DNA of 41,751 nt, taken from the UHGV virus genome UHGV-0203358; one strand, given 5' to 3'. The notes beneath the pieces were generated by a model. It was given only the letters and a program-made list of their open reading frames with translations, was not told the DNA's origin and ran no database searches. The translations under genes were made by a program, and so were the position numbers. Source of the DNA: a virus. This document shows positions 1 to 8,580 of this stretch, in pieces (position 1 is the stretch's first letter; each line of letters opens with the position of its first letter).

Positions 1-603
1 ATGGCTACTGTAGGCGTATGCAAACCGTACTACGCAATCTACGCAAACTCCGGCGCGACCGTGTCCTACTCGGCGGGCGGCGTCGTCGGAAAGGCTGTCA
101 CCGTCTCGGTCGACATCGAAACGTCAGACAGCAATGACCTTTACGCAGATAACGCAATCTGCGAGAGCGAGAAGACCTTCACCGGCGGCACTCTCGGTCT
201 GACCACCGATGACTTTGAGCAGGCGGTCTCGAAGGCAATGCTCGGTCTGAAGGAGGAATCCATCACCGGTATCGAAGGCGTCACCGACACGTCGGTCAAA
301 GAGCTTATCTATGACGACGACCAGGCAACTCCGTATCTCGGCGTCGGCTTTATCATCAAGAAAATCAAGGGCGGCGTCTCCAAGTGGCGCGCAATCGTGC
401 TGACCAAGGTCAAGTTCTCGGTCCCGTCGGACGCCGCGAACACCCAGGGCGAGACCATCGAGTGGCAGACCCCGGAAATCTCCGGCACCATCATGCGCGA
501 CGACAGCGCCAAGCACGCGTGGAAAAAGGAGGCTACCTTTACGTCCGAAGCTCAGGCTGAGGCGTACATAAAGGCAAGGCTCGGAATCACGGAGGCGGTG
601 TAA
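1..603 (+). CDS. Major tail tube protein (phi13-like family)
   Basis: 200 aa with 'DLYADNAICESEKTFTGGTL' and 'TQGETIEWQTPEISG' motifs typical of siphovirus major tail proteins; lies upstream of chaperone and tape measure genes; RBS at the window's 3' end. Confidence 0.9.
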   Translation: MATVGVCKPYYAIYANSGATVSYSAGGVVGKAVTVSVDIETSDSNDLYADNAICESEKTFTGGTLGLTTDDFEQAVSKAMLGLKEESITGIEGVTDTSVKELIYDDDQATPYLGVGFIIKKIKGGVSKWRAIVLTKVKFSVPSDAANTQGETIEWQTPEISGTIMRDDSAKHAWKKEATFTSEAQAEAYIKARLGITEAV

Positions 604-606
604 AAA

Positions 607-990
607 ATGCGGACGGCGAAACTCAGGCTCGGTAAAAACGATTATTTACTCTGCTTCTCGACACGCGTCGTCCGCGCCGTCAACGAGCGGTACGGCGGTG
701 TCGACAAAATCGACACCGTCCTCCGCGACGGCGACACCGCGAAGGCGCTCGACGAGATGCTCTGGCTCATCCACACGATGATGGACGGCGGATACCGCTA
801 CGCGAAGCATGAGGGCATCGACACGCCGGAACCCCCCGCGCTCGACGACCTCCAGGACATCTGCGACGTCTCCGACTTCGCGGGACTTCGCGACAAAATC
901 AACGAGACGATAACTAGCGGCGCTACTCCGGACGTCGCCGTTGAGGATAACCCAAAAAACGCCGGAAACACTCAGACGGAGAACCCCTGA
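607..990 (+). CDS. Tail assembly chaperone (gpG-like)
   Basis: Position between major tail and tape measure genes; slippery CCCAAAAAAC near the 3' end. Confidence 0.85.
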   Translation: MRTAKLRLGKNDYLLCFSTRVVRAVNERYGGVDKIDTVLRDGDTAKALDEMLWLIHTMMDGGYRYAKHEGIDTPEPPALDDLQDICDVSDFAGLRDKINETITSGATPDVAVEDNPKNAGNTQTENP

Positions 991-1163
991 CCGTCGAGTG
1001 GTATATATGGTACGGGCTCACGCTCGGGCTCGGATATGACCGCACCCTCGACCTGCCGTTCGGCGAGCTTTTAACGCTGATCGCCATCGAGCAGATCAAA
1101 CATGAGGGCGCGAAACGGAAAGGGGTATGCGATGACGAAGAAATCATCCCCGATGTGGAATAA
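951..1163 (+). CDS. -1 frameshift extension of tail chaperone (gpGT-like C-terminal part)
   Basis: Overlapping heptamers C CCA AAA / A AAA AAC at 951-960; the -1 frame stays open (KRRKHSDGEPLTVEWYIWYGLTLGLGYDRTLDLPFGELLTLIAIEQIKHEGAKRKGVCDDEEIIPDVE) to TAA 1161-1163, filling the gap before the tape measure gene. Confidence 0.8.
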   Translation, partial: PKKRRKHSDGEPLTVEWYIWYGLTLGLGYDRTLDLPFGELLTLIAIEQIKHEGAKRKGVCDDEEIIPDVE

Positions 1164-1175
1164 GGCGGTGAGAAA

Positions 1176-3842
1176 ATGGCTATAGACATCGGACCGAAGA
1201 TAGGGATTGACGGCGAGGCGGAATTCCGGAAATCTCTGCAAAACATCAACCAGCAGTTAAAAACGCTCGGGTCCGAGATGAAAGCCGTCACCTCGGCTTT
1301 TACCGACGAAACATCGGCACAGGAGAAAAGCCGCCAATCCTCGGCGCTCCTTCGCGAGGAGATCTCGAAACAGCGGGAAAAAATCGAGCTGCTGAAAAAA
1401 GGGCTTGACGAGTCTGCCGCCAAATACGGCGAGAACGACGATAAAACGCTGAAGTGGAAGCAGACGGTCGCCGAGGCAACATCGCAGCTGAACTCACTCG
1501 AAGGACAGCTCAAAAAAACCGAGGACGCCGCCCAAGCGGAAAAATTTGAAAAGTTCAAGACAGTGATGTCCGGCGTCGGAAGTGCCTGCGCCGCGACGGC
1601 AAAAGCAGTGGCGGCTGTCGGAGCCGCCGCCGCCGGGATCGCCGTTTCACTCGGGAAAGAGGTCGTCTCGCAGTTCGGAGAGCTCGAGCAGAACCTCGGC
1701 GGCTCGGAAGCCGTCTTTGAGGAATACGCCGGGAAGCTTCAAAAGATCGGCGAGGACGCTTACAAAAATCTCGGCGCGTCACAGTCTGACTACCTCGCGA
1801 CCGCGAACAAAATGGGATCGCTTTTTCAGGGCTCGGGGCTCGAGGTCCAGGAAAGCTTTGACCTGACAACAAAAGCCATGCAGAGAGCCGCCGACGTCGC
1901 GTCGGTCATGGGCATCTCAACCGAATCCGCGCTCGAGTCGATCGCCGGTGCCGCCAAGGGAAATTTTACCATGATGGACAACCTCGGTGTCGCGATGAAC
2001 GCGACCACACTCCAGGCATACGCCCTCGAGAAAGGTCTCGTCTCCGCGTCCGAGGTCGACATGAGCAAGGTCGAAGCGGCACAATACAAAGTGCAGAAAG
2101 CGCAGCTCTCGGTCGCGTCGGCACAGGAAAAATACAACGCCGCCGTCGAAAAATACGGCGCGGACTCGACACAGGCAAGGCAAGCCACGATCTCGCTCGA
2201 AAAAGCGCAGGTCGACCTTGCCGCCGCGTCGTCAAAGGTCGAAGCGGCAATGCAGCCCGCATCCGAATCGACCACCGAATGGTGGAACTCCCTGTCGAAC
2301 GCGGACAAAGCCCGCGTCGCGATGGAAATGTTTTTCGAAAAAACCGAAAAATACGCCGGGAACTTCGCACGGGAATCGACCGAGACCATCACCGGATCAC
2401 TCGGACTTCTGCAAGCCGCTACTGAGTCGCTTGTCGCCGGTCTCGGAAACGCCGACGCGGATATCGCCAACCTCGCGAACAATCTTGCCGACGCTTTCTC
2501 CGCCGTCGTGACCAACGTCACGCCGGTCATCGAGAACCTCGTCGCCGCTCTGCCGACCGCAGTCGGGGCGCTCGCGACAGCACTTCAGCAGCTTCTGCCC
2601 ACTCTGCTTTCGACCTTTACCGGGCTTTTTGCGCAGATACTCGAAATGCTGACGACGCTGCTGCCTCAGCTCGCGCCGGTTGCGCTCGACGCCGTCATGA
2701 CCATTGTCAATACGGTAATCGAAAACATCCCGGCTCTGCTCGACGCTGGACTGCAAATCATCTTACAGCTGGTCAACGGCATCACCGACGCGCTGCCGGA
2801 GCTCATCCCCGCCGCGGTCGACGCGGTGCTCACCGTGGTGCAGGGGATTCTCGACAATCTGCCGGAAATACTGCAAGCCGGACTTGACCTGCTGCTCGCG
2901 CTGGCGGAGGGAATCCTCGACGCGCTGCCGGAGCTCATCGAGCGGCTACCGGAGATCATCACGTCCATCATCGACTTCCTTATCGGCGCTATCCCGCAGA
3001 TCATCGACGCCGGGCTCAAGCTCTTCCTCGCGCTGATCGACGCGCTGCCGGAAATCATCGACGCTATCGTGACGGCTCTGCCGCAGATCATCACCGCTGT
3101 CGTCGACGCGCTGACAAACCCCGAGACGCTCGCAAAAATCATCGACGCCGGAATCACGCTTTTCCTCGCGCTCATCACGGAATTGCCTAAAGTGCTCATG
3201 GACATCTCCGCCGCGGCATGGCAGCTGGTTGGAGAGCTGATTGACGTACTGCTCGAGGCTTTGCCGAAACTGGCGGAAAACGGACTCAACGCCATGAAGG
3301 AACTTGTCAAACGGCTTCCCGAGGCGCTGGACGAAATCAAGAACGCCGCCGGGGACATCATCGACAAATTTATCGACACGATAAAGGACGCGTTCGACCG
3401 CGTTAAAGATATCGGATGGCAGCTTGTCTCCGGAATTTGGGACGGCATCAAATCCGGAATTAACTGGTTCAAGGAGAAAATCGGCGGATTCGCCGACACG
3501 GTTGTCGACAGCGTCAAAGGCGTCTTCGGCATTCACTCCCCGTCCCGTGTCTTCCGCGATGAGATCGGAAAGCAGCTCGCCGCCGGTATCGGTCTCGGCT
3601 TTACGGACGAAATGCGGACGGTCTCCGACCAGATGCAGCGGGCAATCCCAACTCCCGAGGTCGCTTTCTCAAGCGCCGCCGCCGGGATGGTCAACGGCGT
3701 CTCGACCGCGGTCTCCGGCATCGGCTCAAATCAGCCGGTAACGATCATCCTGCAAACCGCCGACGGGCAGGCTCTCGCCCGCTGGCTGCTCCCCGACCTG
3801 AGAGCCGCATCACGCGCTAATCCGGAGGTGGCGATGGCATGA
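1176..3842 (+). CDS. Tape measure protein
   Basis: 888 aa, helical and Ala/Leu-rich with 'LPEII/LPQII' repeats; N-terminal 'IGPKIGIDGEAEFRKSL'; C-terminal 'FGIHSPSRVFRDEIG'. Confidence 0.95.
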   Translation: MAIDIGPKIGIDGEAEFRKSLQNINQQLKTLGSEMKAVTSAFTDETSAQEKSRQSSALLREEISKQREKIELLKKGLDESAAKYGENDDKTLKWKQTVAEATSQLNSLEGQLKKTEDAAQAEKFEKFKTVMSGVGSACAATAKAVAAVGAAAAGIAVSLGKEVVSQFGELEQNLGGSEAVFEEYAGKLQKIGEDAYKNLGASQSDYLATANKMGSLFQGSGLEVQESFDLTTKAMQRAADVASVMGISTESALESIAGAAKGNFTMMDNLGVAMNATTLQAYALEKGLVSASEVDMSKVEAAQYKVQKAQLSVASAQEKYNAAVEKYGADSTQARQATISLEKAQVDLAAASSKVEAAMQPASESTTEWWNSLSNADKARVAMEMFFEKTEKYAGNFARESTETITGSLGLLQAATESLVAGLGNADADIANLANNLADAFSAVVTNVTPVIENLVAALPTAVGALATALQQLLPTLLSTFTGLFAQILEMLTTLLPQLAPVALDAVMTIVNTVIENIPALLDAGLQIILQLVNGITDALPELIPAAVDAVLTVVQGILDNLPEILQAGLDLLLALAEGILDALPELIERLPEIITSIIDFLIGAIPQIIDAGLKLFLALIDALPEIIDAIVTALPQIITAVVDALTNPETLAKIIDAGITLFLALITELPKVLMDISAAAWQLVGELIDVLLEALPKLAENGLNAMKELVKRLPEALDEIKNAAGDIIDKFIDTIKDAFDRVKDIGWQLVSGIWDGIKSGINWFKEKIGGFADTVVDSVKGVFGIHSPSRVFRDEIGKQLAAGIGLGFTDEMRTVSDQMQRAIPTPEVAFSSAAAGMVNGVSTAVSGIGSNQPVTIILQTADGQALARWLLPDLRAASRANPEVAMA

Positions 3843-4213
3843 CACAGCTGATCATCAACGGCATCACACTGCCGGAGGCGTCCGGCGGGAAATACGCTTG
3901 TTACGAGGGAACGCTGTCTGAGCAACTCGAGATGATCTCCGGTCGGATGGTCACAGAGGTGCGCGGGCACGTCTGGTATATCGAGTACTCATACGACTAC
4001 ATGGGCAACGAGCTGACGCGGCGGCTTCTCGCCGCGCTCCGCTCCGGCGCCGCGCTGACCGTGCGGTATCTGCCGGACGACTCGGACGACCTCGAGGAAT
4101 CGACCTTCCTCTGTGAGGATCTGACCGCGCCGAAGTTCGCATTCTCTCGCTCCGGCAAGCCCTTCTGGCACGATATATCGTTTAAGCTCCGGGAGGTGAG
4201 ACCGCATGACTGA
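3839..4213 (+). CDS. Putative distal tail protein
   Basis: 124 aa directly after the tape measure gene (ATGA overlap); beta-rich; called by position. Confidence 0.6.
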   Translation: MTQLIINGITLPEASGGKYACYEGTLSEQLEMISGRMVTEVRGHVWYIEYSYDYMGNELTRRLLAALRSGAALTVRYLPDDSDDLEESTFLCEDLTAPKFAFSRSGKPFWHDISFKLREVRPHD

Positions 4214-5771
4214 GTCAAGCGAGGCGTACAAAACCGCCGTCGTCGCTGACGCCCGGCGGACGTATATCCGGGCGGTCATCAACATCATCGATCCCGACAT
4301 TGTCTTCGGTTCACCGTCCGTCTCTTCGGACGCCGGATATTCGCAGCTCCCACAGCTTGTGGACGCCGAGTTTGCCACCGGAGACAACTACACGACGATG
4401 GAAAAAAACAGGTGGCTGCTGAACGGCGGCTTCGACACGATCCCGGACAGCGTATCCCGGCAAGTCGGCGCTGTCACCGCCGGGATATCCGGCACGGACG
4501 GGGCTTTCGCCGAGGCTCAGACCGCGACGATCAACTTCTCCGGCGTCGAGACTCTGCAAGTCATCACGTTGCAATTTTCAGAGAACGCATACGACGGAAT
4601 CCCTGAAAATTTTACCGTGACCTGCGGCTCGCAGACTTTCACCCGGACCGGAAACACCAAGACCCGCGTCGAAATCGACGGCTTCACCGTCGCAAACCCG
4701 ACCTCGGTCTCGATATCGGTGACAAAGTGGTCTATGCCCAACCGGCATGCGCGGATCATCGAAATCTTCCCCGGTCTCCACGAGGAGTGGAGCGGGGAGG
4801 ACGTCCATCAACTCAGCGTCAATCAACAGGCGAATTTCGCCGCCGCGGCGCTTCCGTATGGAACGGCAACGCTGAGCGTCGACAACACGACGCGACGCTT
4901 TGAGCCGACAGCGCCGGACGGTATCTTCCGATCCATCGAAGAGCGGCAGGGCATCGATCTCTCGGTCGGCGTCCTGCTTGAGACCGGAGCGGTCGAATAT
5001 AAGCCGCTCGGCAGATACTACCAATACTCCGGCGGCTGGAAAACCGGACAGAACGCCATGACCATTCAATGGTCGCTTGTCGATATCGTCGGATTGCTCG
5101 CCGACCGCGAATACATCCCCCCGTCAACGCTGCCGACCACTGCCGGCGGGTGGATCGCGTCGGTTGCGGCTCAGCTCGGCGGAAACTTTACCTCTGAGCA
5201 CACCGCCGACGCCGCGCTCTCCTCTGTCTCCCTCTCTCCGGACAATCGCGCGAATGTCACCGGAAAAAGGTGCGCCGACATCCTGTCATGGGTCGCGATG
5301 GCTGCTGGTGGATACATCGTAGCGGACGCGGCAACCGGGAAACTCGCGCTGAAGCAGATCAGGAGCACCGGCGGGACGCTGGCGCTCGACGATCTCGAAA
5401 AATATCCGGTGGTCAGAGCGAATGACGACCTCGGAGCTATAGTCTTTACGCTGCATGATGGGAACGGCACTAAATTCACCGTCGCAGGCAACGCCGCCGC
5501 TTCGTCCGCTACGCTAAGCATCGATAATCCTTTCATCAAAACTCAGGCTGCCGCTCAGGCGGTCGCGGAGCGGATACTGAAATTCTACGGCGGCAACGCT
5601 TTTGAAACCGTCGGGCGGGGAGACCCCGCCGCGGAAATCGGAGACGTCGACACCATAGCGATCACGCGAACGCAGAGCGCGAACGGCAGGCGCTTCGCGC
5701 AGAGCTTCAGCTTCAGCGGCGGTGTCTTAAAAAGCTGTCAGTCAAAATTTATCGAGGTGAAAAGCTCATGA
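4206..5771 (+). CDS. Tail/baseplate hub-like protein
   Basis: 521 aa in the tail module; C-terminal 'RGDPAAEIGD' typical of hub/Tal proteins. Confidence 0.65.
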   Translation: MTESSEAYKTAVVADARRTYIRAVINIIDPDIVFGSPSVSSDAGYSQLPQLVDAEFATGDNYTTMEKNRWLLNGGFDTIPDSVSRQVGAVTAGISGTDGAFAEAQTATINFSGVETLQVITLQFSENAYDGIPENFTVTCGSQTFTRTGNTKTRVEIDGFTVANPTSVSISVTKWSMPNRHARIIEIFPGLHEEWSGEDVHQLSVNQQANFAAAALPYGTATLSVDNTTRRFEPTAPDGIFRSIEERQGIDLSVGVLLETGAVEYKPLGRYYQYSGGWKTGQNAMTIQWSLVDIVGLLADREYIPPSTLPTTAGGWIASVAAQLGGNFTSEHTADAALSSVSLSPDNRANVTGKRCADILSWVAMAAGGYIVADAATGKLALKQIRSTGGTLALDDLEKYPVVRANDDLGAIVFTLHDGNGTKFTVAGNAAASSATLSIDNPFIKTQAAAQAVAERILKFYGGNAFETVGRGDPAAEIGDVDTIAITRTQSANGRRFAQSFSFSGGVLKSCQSKFIEVKSS

Positions 5772-6304
5772 TGACCAATCTGATATATGACCGGACACTC
5801 GAGGACGTCGCCGAAGTCCGGCGGCTGTTGGCAAAGCTCGACCCCGAGACCGGAGACAGACTGACCGCCGCGGAGCAAGCTAAATGGGACGCCGGGCTCA
5901 AAGGCGCTTACAATTTTACCGACCTCAACCGCGTCGAAGCGGCTGTAAAAACCCTCGCCGCCGCGCTGACGTCGGCGGGGTATCCGGTGGAGGTGACGCC
6001 GGTGCTTAAGGGGAGCAAAGCAGAAGACCGCGAGTGGCAGGAAGGCGACATCGTTCGGCGGGCGCAGTGGTCGACGTATCTTGAGAATGTGCAGAGGCTC
6101 CGGGACGCTTACTACACGCTCGCGGAGACCGGCGAACTTCCCGCGCCGGAGGACAAGCTCGGCTACGTCGGCGCGAACACCATCGAAAAAGTCCTCGCGG
6201 ACATCGACCTACTTATCGACTGCATGAAATCGAGCTATCGACGGTGCGGAACCTTCCGCGCCGGGAACAACGCGGCGCATCTGCCGCTGAAAGGAAGTAT
6301 CTAA
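5768..6304 (+). CDS. Tail-associated hypothetical protein
   Basis: 178 aa, 'KGAYNFTDLNRVE' motif; translationally coupled to both neighbours. Confidence 0.6.
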   Translation: MMTNLIYDRTLEDVAEVRRLLAKLDPETGDRLTAAEQAKWDAGLKGAYNFTDLNRVEAAVKTLAAALTSAGYPVEVTPVLKGSKAEDREWQEGDIVRRAQWSTYLENVQRLRDAYYTLAETGELPAPEDKLGYVGANTIEKVLADIDLLIDCMKSSYRRCGTFRAGNNAAHLPLKGSI

Positions 6305-7470
6305 TGGCATATACAGCGCCGACTATCAAAGATCGTGTCGCTGCCGGTGACAACAAGTACACCATGCAGACGCTATCGGACGGACGGGTTTTACTTACAC
6401 CGTCGCCGGATGAGGTGGAAGAGGCAGGGACGGAAATCAACAAAGTGCTGTTGCAGCCGCTGTTTGATCTCGCGGCGTCGCATGACACGGCAATCGAGAA
6501 AATGCTGGCTGACCTCGGGATTCTCGCGCCTTACAAAGACTACTGGTGGCGGATCAGGTCAAGTTCTGGGGCATATGTACTTCGGACGGCGGCGGCAGGA
6601 AGCATCGACGGAGCATACTGGACGCCTACGAGCAGCAACAGCCGTGTCGACATACTGCGTAGTTTGTCGGCAACGACGGGCAACCCTGCGAGCAATGGCG
6701 TGACGACTTTGCAATACGCATCAAGCATCTCAGTAGATTCGTCGGGAAATATATCGCTTGTTAATCCGACGTCACTAACCGTTAGTGCAAGCACAATACA
6801 ATCATACGCAAGTACACTTAACGGAAAATATGTCAAAAACCTGTTCACAAACGATACCCTGATATACAAGATCAACACTGCATCAATAACGACACACACT
6901 GAAAGATGGGGCGTCGGCGCGAGCGGAGAAACCGAAATCCGCACGTACTATGGCTATGAACTCGCAAGCTTAGCATCGACGACCGTCGAGGTCGCTGTCG
7001 CGCAGTACTCATCGGCCTCAAGTGACTACACATACGTCCACAACTCCGACCCCAATTTCTACCCGCATAGCGGCACGACTGCTGGGACGGAATACCAGTA
7101 TCTCGGCAAAATACACGATGTTGCCGCGGCGGACGCGCCATTTTCGCTAAAAACGGTGAACATCACGTCGGCAAGCTGGGACGGAAACAAGCAGTACACC
7201 GTCACTACGAAATGCAAAAGATACTTGCTCTGGGGCGGAAAAACTACATCTGTATACGGGTCAGCGGTGCTTGTGGACGGGACAAAAGGATACGGGGTGA
7301 GGGCATATTACGGCGCAACGGGATATGACAGATACGCCTCAATACTCGTCGGCGCCGCAACCGTACCCGTGGGCAGTGCGACCGTCACCTTTACGTCCAC
7401 CGGCTTCCGGCTTTCCCACTCCGAGAGCACCGGACCCGCGCTGACGCTTGCATATCTGCCATTAGCATAG
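6304..7470 (+). CDS. Putative tail fibre / receptor-binding protein 1
   Basis: Start re-assigned to ATG 6304 (TAATG overlap, MAYTAP...); Ser/Thr/Tyr/Gly-rich beta composition; visibly more AT-rich than its neighbours. Confidence 0.6.
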   Translation: MAYTAPTIKDRVAAGDNKYTMQTLSDGRVLLTPSPDEVEEAGTEINKVLLQPLFDLAASHDTAIEKMLADLGILAPYKDYWWRIRSSSGAYVLRTAAAGSIDGAYWTPTSSNSRVDILRSLSATTGNPASNGVTTLQYASSISVDSSGNISLVNPTSLTVSASTIQSYASTLNGKYVKNLFTNDTLIYKINTASITTHTERWGVGASGETEIRTYYGYELASLASTTVEVAVAQYSSASSDYTYVHNSDPNFYPHSGTTAGTEYQYLGKIHDVAAADAPFSLKTVNITSASWDGNKQYTVTTKCKRYLLWGGKTTSVYGSAVLVDGTKGYGVRAYYGATGYDRYASILVGAATVPVGSATVTFTSTGFRLSHSESTGPALTLAYLPLA

Positions 7471-7479
7471 GAGGACACA

Positions 7480-7812
7480 ATGACCTATCAACTCTGGGAT
7501 AAAATATCCCCGATCTACGACATCACCGCCGAACAGGCAATGACAAATAACCCACTGTACGGCAGCGAAAACAGCTACCTAATCCTCCGCGACGACGGAT
7601 CAATTCTCGACATCCTGCCGATCTCGACGCTGCGGAAACTGACCGGCAAGAGCGAAACGGCGACCGACGACGAGGTATGCGAGGCATACATCGCGCAGAT
7701 CACCGCGCCGCCTCCGGAGCCGTCCGGCGGCGACGTCTCCGAACTCGCCGCGAAGGTCGCAAGCCTCGAGGAGCAGCTCGCCGCGGCAAAAATTTTACTG
7801 GGGGTGGAATAA
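7480..7812 (+). CDS. Putative tail fibre chaperone / hypothetical protein
   Basis: RBS AGGAGG; C-terminal coiled coil ELAAKVASLEEQLAAAKILLGVE. Confidence 0.55.
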   Translation: MTYQLWDKISPIYDITAEQAMTNNPLYGSENSYLILRDDGSILDILPISTLRKLTGKSETATDDEVCEAYIAQITAPPPEPSGGDVSELAAKVASLEEQLAAAKILLGVE

Positions 7813-8237
7813 TGACAATGATTGAAAAAGCACGGGAACTCCGCGCACTGATAGAAAAGGCAATGACCGTGACGACGAGCCTAACCGAAGAGGAAGCTAT
7901 CGCGGCGACGTGCATGTACCCGAAGTGGAGCGGGGATAGCATCGCGTATGTCAAGGGACAGCGGGTACAGGATGACGGGGTGCTTTACACCGTGCTCCAA
8001 AACCACACCTCTCAGGCGGGATGGAAGCCGACCGCTGCGCCGTCACTTTTCGCGAAAGTGCTGATCCCTGACCCGTCGATCGTCCCCGAGTGGGAACAGC
8101 CCGACTCGACGAATCCGTATATGAAGGGCGATAAAGTGAAGCACAACGGCAAGACATGGGTGTCTCTGGTCGACAACAACGTCTGGGAGCCCGGCGTCAC
8201 CGGAACCGCCGCGCTGTGGCAGGAGGTGACTGAATGA
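7812..8237 (+). CDS. Protein with two CBM5/12-like (chitin-binding type 3) carbohydrate-binding repeats
   Basis: Start ATG 7812 (TAATG); 'YVKGQRVQDDGVLYTVLQNHTSQAGWKP' and 'YMKGDKVKHNGKTWVSLVDNNVWEPG'. Confidence 0.75.
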   Translation: MTMIEKARELRALIEKAMTVTTSLTEEEAIAATCMYPKWSGDSIAYVKGQRVQDDGVLYTVLQNHTSQAGWKPTAAPSLFAKVLIPDPSIVPEWEQPDSTNPYMKGDKVKHNGKTWVSLVDNNVWEPGVTGTAALWQEVTE

Positions 8238-8569
8238 GCATCGGAGAAATGCTCGCAGCCATCGGACTGCCAACCGCTGTTACGGCGTTTTGCTTTTGGA
8301 TGATCGAGCAAAGAATTATCAAGCGTGAGAAAGCCGCGCAGGAAAAAGCCGCAGAGCGGGAAAAAGCCCGCGAAGACTTACAGATAATGACAATTCAGAG
8401 CGTGAACGCCGCTATTGCGCTGTCCGAAGCCACAGCCCGCGCCGTGCAGAGAATCCCCGACGCCCACTGCAACGGAGACATGCACGCCGCACTCGACTAT
8501 GCGGAGAACGTCAAGCACCGGCAGAAAGACTTTCTGACAGCGCAGGGAATCCACTCTATGATTGACTGA
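8234..8569 (+). CDS. Small membrane protein (holin/hemolysin-like)
   Basis: N-terminal hydrophobic helix then coiled coil; 'CNGDMHAAL' motif. Confidence 0.5.
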   Translation: MSIGEMLAAIGLPTAVTAFCFWMIEQRIIKREKAAQEKAAEREKAREDLQIMTIQSVNAAIALSEATARAVQRIPDAHCNGDMHAALDYAENVKHRQKDFLTAQGIHSMID

Positions 8570-8580
8570 GGAGGATAAAA

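Noticed and set aside
6304..7470. Possible diversity-generating retroelement target or invertible tail-fibre cassette
   Set aside because: I see no reverse transcriptase, no template/variable repeat pair and no invertase with flanking inverted repeats
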